Assembly (NCBI GenBank): GCA_965201075.1
Contig: CBDAVP010000014.1
Location: forward strand, 124,001 to 188,000
Direction of reading: 5' to 3'
DNA: 64,000 nucleotides
Source: Isosphaeraceae bacterium
GTDB lineage: Bacteria; Planctomycetota; Planctomycetia; Isosphaerales; Isosphaeraceae
Below are positions 18,394 through 28,506 of this stretch, piece after piece. The notes beneath the pieces are model-generated. The model was not told the DNA's origin and ran no database searches. It saw only the letters and a list, made by a program, of their open reading frames with translations. Both the position numbers and the translations under genes were made by a program. Position 1 is the first letter of the stretch, and every line of letters begins with the position of its first letter.

Positions 18394-18917
18394 GGTAAGC
18401 ATCTCAGTCCTCTCCTCAAGGTGTCGCTCATGTCACTTGCCAGAGTCGGCTCAGCGGGTGCAGAAGGAGAGCGTAATGCCGCCGCAAAAATTGGATACCC
18501 GAGTTTCGGGTCGATTCCTGGGTTGGACCACGGTCCTTCTGGATGACCCTTTTCCCCGCCATACACCACTAAGCGGAAATTTTTGTCTCCGGAAGCAAGA
18601 GTGTCCGATACGTAATTCCGGCTCTAAACGTCCAACTGCACCTTCTCGCTCCGTCCACCATCTCGCCTCCGACGAAGTCCGAGTGTTCCCTCGATTCGTC
18701 GCCAAGCCGGGCCGATCGTTAGTCGGCCGCAAGCCGGCAGTATTCAGTTATTGTGGGTTGTTAATCAACCCATAACTGGGGTTCCTGTTTTTTTCGGTCA
18801 GGGTACTATTTGCCCCCGGTCCTGGCGGACTCAGCCGTACTGACCAGCCGAGTCCGGTCACGTCCTGACCCTCGGCTCTGGGCCGTGCTACAGACAAATA
18901 CCACGAGGATGAGCATC

Positions 18918-19283
18918 ATGATCAGCGACGTCCTTTCCGATGCCTTGGCAAAGATCGAGGAGTATCAGGGTGGATTCCCCGGCTCCTACACGGACTTTCG
19001 TGAGGAGATCGAGCAGGTCAAGCTGGCAATGGCCCGCCTGCTGATCCGCCTGGACACCCCGCCCGAGTTAACTGACGAGAGGTGGGCCGAGGGGATGGTC
19101 GAGTTCGCCGAGGACGACCCGATGCAATTCTGGGAACTAATGACGAACCGGGTTTACCACGTCAGGAGGGAGCAGGTGGCCGAGGCGCTCGGCAGTGATC
19201 ACCCGAAGTTGGTCCGGCTGTCCGAGGCAGAGGAGGCCGTGGAGGATCAGGAGTCTGATCTCGCCGGAGCGTCGGAGGCATAA
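18918..19283 (+). CDS. Acidic hypothetical protein
   Basis: GAGGA SD, MISDVLSDALAKIEEY...; coding-like composition. Confidence 0.6.
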   Translation: MISDVLSDALAKIEEYQGGFPGSYTDFREEIEQVKLAMARLLIRLDTPPELTDERWAEGMVEFAEDDPMQFWELMTNRVYHVRREQVAEALGSDHPKLVRLSEAEEAVEDQESDLAGASEA

Positions 19284-19637
19284 TCCGATCCGAATCACCC
19301 CGATTTCGATCGGGAGATCCGCCGCTTGAGGCCCGACGGGTTCAATGGCGACAAGCGGGCTGGTGGTCCGGTTTGAGGCCGGGGTGCCTTCCCATGCGGG
19401 CGTTTCGACTATAAAAACCAAGACGCCCGTCGCCTCACATCGTGGCGACGGGCGTCTCGCTTGTTGAACCGTCGATCGTCCCAGCACGCTACGGAGCCGA
19501 TCTTCGACGGATACCGGGCGGGGAAGGGATCTATGCCGCACTCAAAGCATGGTCGCCAGGGTTGACGTGAGGACAGGCCGTGCCGATGGCACTACTGCGA
19601 GGGTTTTGACTCTTACCCACTGATGCCGTCCCGGACG

Positions 19638-20885
19638 TCACCCAATGGCCTCGCCCGCCGCCGGCTCCGGGCAGCCCAGCCTGGCCCTCGTCAGGGCCAT
19701 CGCCGTCGGATCGCTGTCGATGCCGATTGCCGCCAACTTCAAGCGATGGGCCACCACGAGCGTTGTACCGGAGCCACAGCAAGTATCAAAGACGGTCCCG
19801 CCCTTGGACACCAGTCGAGCTAGAAGATATTCTGCGTCAGCTTCGGCCTGCTCGAATTCATGATGTTTCTTGGAGTGGCCCGTCCCCTCAATCACGTCGC
19901 TGATCCCCTCCGGCAGACGATCGACATCCTTGCCGAAGATCAGGATCGGCTTCCAGGCGTTGAGGACTCGGCGGTGGTAATTCCGGTTCTTCTGGCTCAG
20001 GGAGAGCGAGGCAACGGTCCAAAGGTAGGCCAGCCCTGTCGATCCGAGAGCCGCCATCACCCTGTCCAGATAGGAGACGCCCGAGTAGGAGATCAGCAGA
20101 CCTCCCGGCTTGAGCACTCGGCTGGCCAGGCTCGCCAAGTCCTCCCACTCGCCCCGCTCGACCCACTCCTTGGAGTACAAGGGGTCGGTGAAGATGCAGT
20201 CCACGGAGCCGACCTTCACCTTCCTGCCTACCTCCTGGAATCGGCCCTCGTAGAGCCTGACCCTTGGTGGCGGCTTGAGCGGGAGCGTCCGGTGGTCCAC
20301 GTCCTCCCGACGGGCCTTCGTCGCCAGGATGCCCGCCGAGAGCGGCGAGAGCGTGCGTCCGGGGGCGTGCTCGCCCAGGTCGTTCAGCAAACGGCTCGCC
20401 TTGGCCGCCGACGCCGGGGTCGTGGCGTACATGGCCGTGGAGCGGCGGAACGTCTTCCCGTTGGCGCTGGTGAACGTAACTACTGGAAAGAGTTTTCCAG
20501 TTGCCTCGAACTCCCGCCGCCAGGAGCCGATGGTCGGGTGGCTGACGCCGAAGATCGCCGCCAGCGCACGGTCCGAAAGCGGCTTCCGCTGCATCTCGGC
20601 GAGGGCGAGTTGCTTGATCGCCGCCCAGTCCAGTTGCCGGCGCAGGCAGTTGGCCCGGAGCCGGTGATGCCGGCGGTCTTCCTCGGTCTCCAGCCCCGAG
20701 ACGATGCGGCGGGGATAGTTGCGAACCTTGAGTTGCTCGCAGGCCCGGACCCTGGACCTCCCGTCGAGGACTTCGCCGGTCTTGGCGCAGACCTCGACGG
20801 CGACCTGGACGCCTCTTAGTCTGATGTCCTCAAGTAGGGCGTCGTACTGCTCGTCGGTCAACTCGGGCAATGGGACGTCGCTCAT
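19638..20885 (-). CDS. ParB-like N-terminal domain fused to N4/N6 (beta-class) DNA methyltransferase
   Basis: LLEDIRLRGV...LDGRSRVRAC (ParB-like), HTH, CIFTDPLY (motif IV) preceding VFDTCCGSGTT (motif I). Confidence 0.82.
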   Translation of the reverse strand: MSDVPLPELTDEQYDALLEDIRLRGVQVAVEVCAKTGEVLDGRSRVRACEQLKVRNYPRRIVSGLETEEDRRHHRLRANCLRRQLDWAAIKQLALAEMQRKPLSDRALAAIFGVSHPTIGSWRREFEATGKLFPVVTFTSANGKTFRRSTAMYATTPASAAKASRLLNDLGEHAPGRTLSPLSAGILATKARREDVDHRTLPLKPPPRVRLYEGRFQEVGRKVKVGSVDCIFTDPLYSKEWVERGEWEDLASLASRVLKPGGLLISYSGVSYLDRVMAALGSTGLAYLWTVASLSLSQKNRNYHRRVLNAWKPILIFGKDVDRLPEGISDVIEGTGHSKKHHEFEQAEADAEYLLARLVSKGGTVFDTCCGSGTTLVVAHRLKLAAIGIDSDPTAMALTRARLGCPEPAAGEAIG

Positions 20886-21212
20886 GGAGGTTTTCTCGTA
20901 GGTCGGGAGGAGACCTGCCGGAGTCTAAGACTTGCCAGGGTGGACGGCCAGTAGCATGAGGTTAGTGGGACCGGGATAAGCTCATGCCCCTGGCGGAACC
21001 CGTGGCTCGGGTTCGCTCCCTTCCCGGCCCCGGCAGAACCTTTCGTGCCCGGATTCTTGGAGTATCGTACGATTAGAATCCAAGCCTATGGATTCGTTCG
21101 TTTTACACACAGAACGGCGTGGCTAAAATGCGGCTCATGGTCCCTGGCCATCGGTGGCCGGGGAGACTTCATGAATTGTGATGGAGGTATCGGGCCGATA
21201 CCATGTGTTAAA

Positions 21213-21905
21213 ATGAATGGTCTAGATGAGGATACGGAACTTGAAGAACTTGGCGAAGGCATGAAGGCCGAGAGAGACGCCTTCGAAGCGGCCCGCCGAG
21301 CGGTTAAGGACTGGGACCACAGGTCAGCCGTCCACTACTACCGGCTCGGGCACGCCTTAACCTGGGCCAAGGCCAAGCTCGGTAGGGCGGCGGGGAGACC
21401 GGGGCGGTTCCGGGCGTGGCACGTCAACCATGGGATCGACCAGAACACCGCCAGCCGGGCGATGCGGCTCTATGAGGCCGCCTACGAGGACGGGGGCGAA
21501 GAGGCGCAGGCGGACTTAGGGTGGTGGGCGTCGCTCAAGCACTACGAAATCATCAGCGACGACAATGAGTCGAGTAAACCGGGAGAGCGCCCGAATTACG
21601 GGGATTCCCCGGACAGGAGGGAATCTGCCGGGGACGCCGAAGTCGAATCCGAGGGAGAGGAGCCGACGCTCCCTCCGAAGAAGGCGCTACCGATCTTCGA
21701 CGACATCGCTTCGTTCGGGGGATTCCGCCGCTTCCTTGCCCGTCAACTCGTTGCGCTGCGGGCGTCCGAATCCCGGGCCGATTCGATCCTCAAGCGGGAG
21801 TATGAAGCGATCCAGGCCGCCCTGATGGAGGCTCTTCAGGACAAACTGCCCCAACTGCTCCGGGACGAGCCGGTGACGGAGGTTTTCGCTTCCGACCTTT
21901 ACTGA
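21213..21905 (+). CDS. Hypothetical protein (start uncertain)
   Basis: Long ORF directly upstream of DUF5131; YRLGHALTWAK...FRAW...NTASRAMRLY resembles DUF3102-like helical MGE proteins. Confidence 0.55.
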   Translation: MNGLDEDTELEELGEGMKAERDAFEAARRAVKDWDHRSAVHYYRLGHALTWAKAKLGRAAGRPGRFRAWHVNHGIDQNTASRAMRLYEAAYEDGGEEAQADLGWWASLKHYEIISDDNESSKPGERPNYGDSPDRRESAGDAEVESEGEEPTLPPKKALPIFDDIASFGGFRRFLARQLVALRASESRADSILKREYEAIQAALMEALQDKLPQLLRDEPVTEVFASDLY

Positions 21906-21936
21906 CTTCGTGTACACTCAATCCTGGAGGTCGGTG

Positions 21937-22830
21937 ATGAGCGTGCGGACGAAGATCCAGTGGTGCGACAGCACGGTGAACCCCACGATGGGCTGCGACG
22001 GCTGCGAGATTTGGGGATCGCAGCGGCGGACTTGCTACGCCGGGACCCTCCATACTCGTTTCGGTGGCGTGACAAAGGGCTATGCTCCCACATTCGAAGA
22101 AGTCACGAACTTTCCGGGCCGCATGGCCGACGCTGCTCGATGGCCCGACCTCACAGGCAAGCTCCGCACCGAGAAGCCCTGGCTCGACGGTCTCCCCCGC
22201 ACCATCTTCGTGTCGGACATGAGTGACTCGTTGTCCTCGTCGGTAACGTTCGAGTATCTCAGAGATGAGATCATCGTCAACGTCGCCGAGAGCCCTGGAC
22301 GGCGCCACCATTGGTTGTGGCTCACGAAGAGGCCCGAGCGCATGGCCCTTTTCTCGACCTGGCTTCGGGACCAGGGGATCGGATGGCCGGACAACCTCTG
22401 GGCAGGGACGAGCATCACCACGCAGGCGACGACGGGCCGAATCAAAAGCCTGCTCAAAGTCGGCTCGCACCGGACGACCCGCTTCTTGTCGGTCGAGCCA
22501 CAGGTCGATCCGATCGATCTGGGACGGTGGCTGCCGAAGCTCGACTGGGTAATCCAGGGGGGCGAGTCGGGACGGCAGGCACGCCCCTTCGACGTCGCCT
22601 GGGCCGTGGACCTTATCGGGCAGTGCCGGTCCAACGGCGTGGCTTACTTCCTGAAGCAACTCGGCTCGGATGTCGTCCGAGATGGCCAAAGCATGTCCTT
22701 CGGTGATGGCCACGCCGGGGACTGGACGGAGTGGCCGGAGGAGGTCCGGGTGCGGGAGATGCCGGGACCGGAGGCCGATCCACCGGGTAGTACACTCGTA
22801 GGGCGGGCCACCGATCCTCAAGCCCTTTGA
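21937..22830 (+). CDS. DUF5131 (phage Gp37/Gp68) family protein
   Basis: TKIQWCDSTVNP, IFVSDMSD, LTKRPERM, RFLSVEP, DWVIQGGESG, FLKQLG; GGAGG SD. Confidence 0.9.
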   Translation: MSVRTKIQWCDSTVNPTMGCDGCEIWGSQRRTCYAGTLHTRFGGVTKGYAPTFEEVTNFPGRMADAARWPDLTGKLRTEKPWLDGLPRTIFVSDMSDSLSSSVTFEYLRDEIIVNVAESPGRRHHWLWLTKRPERMALFSTWLRDQGIGWPDNLWAGTSITTQATTGRIKSLLKVGSHRTTRFLSVEPQVDPIDLGRWLPKLDWVIQGGESGRQARPFDVAWAVDLIGQCRSNGVAYFLKQLGSDVVRDGQSMSFGDGHAGDWTEWPEEVRVREMPGPEADPPGSTLVGRATDPQAL

Positions 22831-22836
22831 CTGCGG

Positions 22837-23949
22837 TCAGAAGAGGCCCCGACCTTGTGCGTCGGCCGGGAACTTGATGTACACCTTGTCGGCCTTGTAG
22901 GTCCCCGCCCGACGTCGGTATCCAGGGTCCGCCTCGACGACCACCTCGCCCTTCCGCTCGCACTCGCTAAGGATGGTGCGGGCGTGCGTCGGGAGGAAGT
23001 CTGTCTCCTCGACGACGAACCGATCCACGTCCTCCATGAGCGTCCGCTGACCGGCGAATCGGGCGAGCAACTGGTCCCAGAGGGGCCAGAAGGGGAACAG
23101 ATCGAAGGCGTAGGATTCTCCGGGGTTGGCGTCCGAGAACCTCGCACCCTCGGCCTTGTCCACCGACCACATCGCCTCCTTCATCTTCTCGAAGCCCTTC
23201 GGGTGGTTGGAGGCGAAGAAGAGCGAGTAGGTCTTCTGGTCTCGACGACCGTGCATGTCGAACCGCCCGACGTACTTCGCCAGGCTGGCCAGTTGGGTCC
23301 GGTACAAAGCCAGGATCGCAGCCTCACGGTCGTCGAGTCGGCGTGGGATTTCCAGCACCTCGTCGGTTCCGAACGTCCGGGGGAAGTGGGCGACGACCTG
23401 ATCGTTCGGGTGTTCGAGGAAGCGGTTGATGAACTCCACCATGATGTTGACAAAGACCTCGCACCTCGGGTAGCGGAGGATGCGGGCCAACAGTTCCAGC
23501 GGGATGCCGCTGAACCCGAAGGGATCGACGAAGGCGAAGATCGGTGCCGGGGCCTGGCCCGAATGTTCGAGTCGGTCCAACTCCGTCCCGATCGTCTCGG
23601 CGAACCGGCCGGTCGTGACCTCGACCCTGAACGACGATGGAAAATGGAGGGCCGAGAGCCTCGCCTTGAGGTTCTCGGCCGACTCTGGGTCGGCCTCGAC
23701 GAACGAGAAGTGGATCTGGACGTCCGGGTCGAGGGTGCCCTTCTCGACATGGGCCTTGGCCGCCTCGATGGCCAACTGGGGCGAGCCGGCCTCCCCGCCT
23801 TGATACTCACCCGGCCCGGCGAAGCCATCGATGTAGGTGATCAAGTTGTGATAGCGACCGAGGATGGGGAACCAGCGATCCAGGTATCGCTTCAGCAGGA
23901 GGTGCTTCGCCGCCGTGTGCGGCGTCATCTTCGGCAGCTTGAGCATCAT
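22837..23949 (-). CDS. tcmP: Three-Cys-motif partner protein TcmP (SAM-binding fold)
   Basis: HTAAKHLLLKRYL, YIDGFAGPG, GSP, FAFVDPFG, FFASNHPKGFEKMKEAMW. Confidence 0.88.
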   Translation of the reverse strand: MMLKLPKMTPHTAAKHLLLKRYLDRWFPILGRYHNLITYIDGFAGPGEYQGGEAGSPQLAIEAAKAHVEKGTLDPDVQIHFSFVEADPESAENLKARLSALHFPSSFRVEVTTGRFAETIGTELDRLEHSGQAPAPIFAFVDPFGFSGIPLELLARILRYPRCEVFVNIMVEFINRFLEHPNDQVVAHFPRTFGTDEVLEIPRRLDDREAAILALYRTQLASLAKYVGRFDMHGRRDQKTYSLFFASNHPKGFEKMKEAMWSVDKAEGARFSDANPGESYAFDLFPFWPLWDQLLARFAGQRTLMEDVDRFVVEETDFLPTHARTILSECERKGEVVVEADPGYRRRAGTYKADKVYIKFPADAQGRGLF

Positions 23950-24064
23950 CGGCCTCGATCTCGACGTCGTCGGGCAGCGAACCTTCCGCATCGGGTCGTC
24001 ACGGACCTCGGAGCGAACGGGCGGCCGATTCACCGAAGAAGGACCGCATTCAACGCAAAGGACT

Positions 24065-25777
24065 CTACTTGAAGCCTTGGACCAGCAGGTCGAGCAGTTG
24101 CTCCTGCCGATCTTCGAGCACCTGGGGCGTCCAGTCGGCGTATTGCATGACCTTCACGACGTTGGGGAACACATTCACGCTGGACTTGAAGTATTTCTTC
24201 CGCTTCTCTTCGAACTCCCGGTTGCTCAGTTCGGTGTTCTTGATGCGGCTCAGGAGCACCAAGTTGGCCAGCCTGTGCGTCCACACGTCCCGCTCGGTCT
24301 CGCCGAAGACCGTCAGCCATCGGCTATCCCCCTTCGGGTTCTGGGGCAGGACGTGCTCGACGCTGATGCGGGTGAACGGGGCGAACGGTTGGGACCGATC
24401 CTGGAGATGGTACTCCAGCCGCAGCATGATGTACCGGGCGAAGTTCCTGCCATAGATCGGCCCGGAGAGGGCCGCCCTGACCCCCTGTCGGTCGTAAGCG
24501 AACGCCTCATCGTTGTCGACGACGTCCGCCGCAGAAGCCGCCCGCTCGATGGCACGGAGGATGTTATGGGTGTTCGAGATTCGGCTCGTGGGCGAGAGTT
24601 GCATGATCCAGTCGGCGAGGACCTTTGACTCCAGGCGTTCGAGGAACGGGAATAACTGGTCCCGGTTGAACCGCTCGACGAATAGCAGCAGCGGCGGTAT
24701 CCAGTCAGTCGAAAGCCCCTCCCTCATGACGGCGATGAGGTTCCGCTGGCGACAGTCGCCGCCGAACTCCTCGTTCTCGAACCAGATGAGGCTCGCATAG
24801 GAGTCACGGTACGACTTGATCTTCCTCAGCGTGGCCTCGCCCTTCTGGAGGAGGCCCAGTTCGTAGACCTTCTCAAACTCCTTCAGGAGGTTCTCCCTGG
24901 CCTTCTCCTTGACGACCGTCGTCCGCACATGTCCGAGGAATCGATCGAACTCCTCCCGGCCGAACTCGCCCTCCAGTTCTTCCCACATCACGGCAAACTT
25001 GCGGCGCTTGTTCGGGTCGGAGACCGCCCCCACGTTCATCGACTTGAGGATGTCGCTGTTCGAGAGCGGGATGCCCCGGTCGTTGAGGATCGTGAAGAGG
25101 CGGAAGGCGTCCTCCAGCGACTCCGAGGCGACGTAGATGACGATGACCTTGTTGAACAGGTAGATGGCGAACTGATTCAGTTCGGCCGGGGTGAGGCTGC
25201 CGAGCGCCTGACGCAGGTAGAGCATGGACTTCGCCATGTTGGACAGCGAGACGTTGGGCTGGGATTCCACCTCTCGGAGGGTCGCCTCGTCATCGCTCCC
25301 TCCCGTGGCCTTGATGTGCCGGTCCACGAAGTCGCCCACGGCGTCCCGGATCAGGTACTCAATCCGAATCCGCTCGGGCTGGTTGGCGAACGGGTCTTCC
25401 TCCTGGTAGATGGCGTCGGAAGCGTTGGCCTTTAGCTTGTCGTTCTTGGCGAGGTCACGGAGCACCGCCATCATCAGGAACAGGGTTGTGAGCCGCTGCT
25501 GGCCATCGAGCACGTCGTAGCAGGTGTAGGTGAGTTCCCCGCTGGCACGCTGGTACTTCTGGAGGACGACCGAGCCCAGGAAGTATTCCTTCTCCCGGTT
25601 CGCAAGCTGGGCGTGCTTGAGGTCGTCGAGGAGTTCGTCGATCTCCTCCTGGCCCCAGACGTACGAGCGTTGGTATTCGGGGACTCTGAACCAGAAGTCG
25701 GTGAATAGTTTGATGATGTTCACCTTCTTCGTCTCGATCTCCTGGCTCTTCGGCGTGACCACGACCCCATCGTTCAT
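24065..25777 (-). CDS. GmrSD-like DUF262 + DUF1524 (HNH) modification-dependent nuclease
   Basis: VPEYQRSYVW, DGQQRLTT, FTILNDRG, SVEHVLPQ, LANLVLL..N..LSN; ATGA-coupled to drmC stop. Confidence 0.9.
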   Translation of the reverse strand: MNDGVVVTPKSQEIETKKVNIIKLFTDFWFRVPEYQRSYVWGQEEIDELLDDLKHAQLANREKEYFLGSVVLQKYQRASGELTYTCYDVLDGQQRLTTLFLMMAVLRDLAKNDKLKANASDAIYQEEDPFANQPERIRIEYLIRDAVGDFVDRHIKATGGSDDEATLREVESQPNVSLSNMAKSMLYLRQALGSLTPAELNQFAIYLFNKVIVIYVASESLEDAFRLFTILNDRGIPLSNSDILKSMNVGAVSDPNKRRKFAVMWEELEGEFGREEFDRFLGHVRTTVVKEKARENLLKEFEKVYELGLLQKGEATLRKIKSYRDSYASLIWFENEEFGGDCRQRNLIAVMREGLSTDWIPPLLLFVERFNRDQLFPFLERLESKVLADWIMQLSPTSRISNTHNILRAIERAASAADVVDNDEAFAYDRQGVRAALSGPIYGRNFARYIMLRLEYHLQDRSQPFAPFTRISVEHVLPQNPKGDSRWLTVFGETERDVWTHRLANLVLLSRIKNTELSNREFEEKRKKYFKSSVNVFPNVVKVMQYADWTPQVLEDRQEQLLDLLVQGFK

Positions 25778-26637
25778 TTCGGGCCTTCTCCCTGAATCTT
25801 GAGGTCGAACGACGGCCCATCCCCGGCCGACGGACCCACCCGGCACAGGTTTCCGTCCGAGATCATGCGGCCGAAGCGTGCCTCGATCCGGGCCGGCTGT
25901 TCGCCCCCCGTGATCAGCACGCCCAGTTCCATGTTCGTCGTGAAGGCGTACTCGGTCAGGTTGGCGCTCGACACGAACAGCCACCGGCCGTCGCCCGCCA
26001 CGCATTTGACGTGGAGGATGCCCGTCCTGCCGTTCTGTCCCCTGGGCCTCTGCTCTTGAGGCCACAGGTAGACACAGGAACGGGACGCCACGGCCGGTCC
26101 GAGAGCACGCAACGTGTCGTAAACCTCAACGCCCACCTGCCTCTCGCCCGTCTCGACGACCAGCGTCAGCACGACGCCCCGGCCCGCCGCACGGACCAGG
26201 GCCTCGCAGATCCGGGGGATGTTGTACACGGCGTAGCTGACGACCAGAAGCCTCCGTGTCGCCATCTCGATAACCTGGAGGATCGCCGGCTCGGTCCGGC
26301 GGAATGGGGCCTCGCCCGTCTCCGGCCCCGTCCAGACGAGTTCGACGTCCTGGCGTTCCCGACCCGCCTTCTCGACGTGGGCCGCCGTGAGCATGGCCAG
26401 GGCGACGGCCTGGGCCGGCAGCGAGCGGGCGTGGGCTTGCCATGCGTCGAGGAAGCCGGCCGCCAGGCTCCGGTGGTGGGCGTGGGGGATGCCCAGGGAG
26501 AGCCGGGAGCGGGCGTTAGGCCAGTCGCTCGGGTCGCAGGTGCGGACCGCATCGGCGAGTGCCCGCAGGACCGGGGGCGGCAACGCCGCCGCCAACCGGC
26601 TCGCCCCCTCTGCGATGATCGTCTCGCCGCCGTCCAT
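25774..26637 (-). CDS. drmC: DISARM phospholipase D-like nuclease DrmC
   Basis: VELVWTGP, LHVKCVAGD (HKD), SSANLT..A..NMELG; follows drmB. Confidence 0.92.
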   Translation of the reverse strand: MDGGETIIAEGASRLAAALPPPVLRALADAVRTCDPSDWPNARSRLSLGIPHAHHRSLAAGFLDAWQAHARSLPAQAVALAMLTAAHVEKAGRERQDVELVWTGPETGEAPFRRTEPAILQVIEMATRRLLVVSYAVYNIPRICEALVRAAGRGVVLTLVVETGERQVGVEVYDTLRALGPAVASRSCVYLWPQEQRPRGQNGRTGILHVKCVAGDGRWLFVSSANLTEYAFTTNMELGVLITGGEQPARIEARFGRMISDGNLCRVGPSAGDGPSFDLKIQGEGPK

Positions 26638-26640
26638 ATC

Positions 26641-28506
26641 TCACTCCTCGAAGAACGCCAGGTCGCCCCGGTCCATCGTCCTGACCAGGACGGAGCGGTC
26701 CAGGTACTTGTTCCCCCGCTCGCACGAGGTCTCCGGGACGAACAGGCAGGCGTGGCAGGCGGCACCGTGCAGCGTCGTGCCGTCCCGATACGGGTGGTGC
26801 TCCGCACAGAGGGGGTCCGAGGCGCACAATCGGACCGCTTCGAGGGCCTGGTCGAGGTGCCGGCCCAGCGAGCCCGGCTCGCCGAGGCTGACCAGCCCGC
26901 CGAGCGTGCCCTCGCTGTCCGGGGCGGCGGTGTAGATCAGCACCCCGGCCATCGGCTCGCCCTCCTCCTGGGGGCACCGGGAGTAGATCCGTTCCCGGAT
27001 GCTCGCCGTCGAGTAGCCGCACTCGATGGACAACTGGCGGATCACGGCATGGGCGAACGAGTGGAGCAGGACGTACCGAAGCCACGGGTAGCCATAGTCC
27101 GGCTCCAGGCCCCTCGCCTCACGCCACCTCCGGTGGGCGTCGAGGAATACCCCGTCGTGGGCCTCGGCCTTCTTGGTCCACCGCAGGATGGCGGCCTCAT
27201 CGAACTCGAAGAAGATCCCCTCGCCCCGGATCTCAGAGGCCGGCACCCACTTCGGGTCGGCCCTCGACAGGGGGACCAGCTTCTCCTCGGGCACCTGGAA
27301 CGGGGTGTCGTAGTCGCCGGGCGACTCGATCCGGGTGAACCCGACCAGCGCCCGGACCTCACGCAGTCGTTCCGCCAGGACGATCTTGGTGAAGACGTCC
27401 TCGTATCCGGCCGGGGGCGGCACGGCCCGCAGCTTGAAGTCTCGGGTCGTCGGTGCGGCGGCTAGGTCGGTGAAGACCGCCCACTCGGGCGACTTCAGGT
27501 CCTTGGGGTCGGCACCCTGTTCCCCGCCCCCCTCCCGCTTCTTCTGGACCTTGGCCCAGACCTCGGCGTCGGTGAACTTGGCGAAGTCGCCCAACTGGCC
27601 GATATTGCGGGCGAAGGCGATGAAGTCCGGCCCCGTGACCTTCTCCAGCACCGTCCAGTTCTCGTCCACGAGTTGGCCGAGCTTGTCGGCAGAGTTCGGG
27701 ACCGACAGGACCGAGAGCATCACCGAGAACCAGCTATTGGAGGCCCCCTGGAGCATCGGCGTGACGTGCTCCACCGGGCAGCCCTCGGGGGCGAAGTCAC
27801 GGAGGTGGGGCCGCCGGCCCCGGCACGGTGGCAGGTTCTCGGCGTTGTCCCGCCCGAACGCCTCGGCCATCCGGCGTCGGACCCCGCAGACCTCGCAGTG
27901 GACCTCCACGTCCGCCGCCTCGCCCGACGCCCCGTACTCGAACAGCCTCAGACGGTAGCGGCAGTCGGTCTTGGCCCCGTGGACGAACTCGACCCACGGG
28001 AAGTCGTTCAGGTGCCCGTTGGGGCAGGCGGCGACGAACCGGGCGGGGACGACCGTCGTGGGCTTCCCCATGCCCTGGCCGGCCATCGCACAGACGTGGA
28101 CATACCGGGCACGGTCGGGCCGGAACGGGTCGGTCTTCCACTCGAACAGGTTCGAGCCCAGCGGGGCGAGCAGGCGACACTTGGGGCAGACCACCCAGCG
28201 GGGGAACGGGGCCACGGGGACGCCGAGGAACGCCCGCTCGTCGAACGGGGCCGGCATCGTCGAGGTGGACTCGGGGGCCTTGGGCGGTGCCAGCAGGCGC
28301 TTGACCTGTTCGCCCAGGGCTTCCTGCACCGACAAGAGCAGCCGCTCCTCGCCGATCTCGATCGGGTGCGTGGTGGGCCAGTCGTCCAGGCCCATGACCA
28401 TGACCGACAGGTTGGGCAGGTCGATGATCGACCCCACGCCGAAGGTCGTGAGGACCTGGCTGGGCCGTAGCTCACCGACCTCGGTCTTGTGCGGTGCGGT
28501 GCTCAT
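26641..28506 (-). CDS. drmB: DISARM DUF1998 protein DrmB
   Basis: GELRPSQVLTTFGVG, LREVRALVGFTRI, LHSFAH, GTLGGLV, CASDPLC, AACHAC...ETSCE; ATGA-coupled to drmA. Confidence 0.93.
   Translation of the reverse strand: MSTAPHKTEVGELRPSQVLTTFGVGSIIDLPNLSVMVMGLDDWPTTHPIEIGEERLLLSVQEALGEQVKRLLAPPKAPESTSTMPAPFDERAFLGVPVAPFPRWVVCPKCRLLAPLGSNLFEWKTDPFRPDRARYVHVCAMAGQGMGKPTTVVPARFVAACPNGHLNDFPWVEFVHGAKTDCRYRLRLFEYGASGEAADVEVHCEVCGVRRRMAEAFGRDNAENLPPCRGRRPHLRDFAPEGCPVEHVTPMLQGASNSWFSVMLSVLSVPNSADKLGQLVDENWTVLEKVTGPDFIAFARNIGQLGDFAKFTDAEVWAKVQKKREGGGEQGADPKDLKSPEWAVFTDLAAAPTTRDFKLRAVPPPAGYEDVFTKIVLAERLREVRALVGFTRIESPGDYDTPFQVPEEKLVPLSRADPKWVPASEIRGEGIFFEFDEAAILRWTKKAEAHDGVFLDAHRRWREARGLEPDYGYPWLRYVLLHSFAHAVIRQLSIECGYSTASIRERIYSRCPQEEGEPMAGVLIYTAAPDSEGTLGGLVSLGEPGSLGRHLDQALEAVRLCASDPLCAEHHPYRDGTTLHGAACHACLFVPETSCERGNKYLDRSVLVRTMDRGDLAFFEE

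Noticed and set aside
17806..18775. Several short ORFs on both strands
   Set aside because: No motifs or clear coding bias apart from the frameshifted zinc-ribbon remnant.
25778..26065. Long N-terminal extensions in the ORF track (also drmB, drmD, integrase, GH127, xfp)
   Set aside because: Downstream ATGs with ATGA coupling or SD sites fit the families better.
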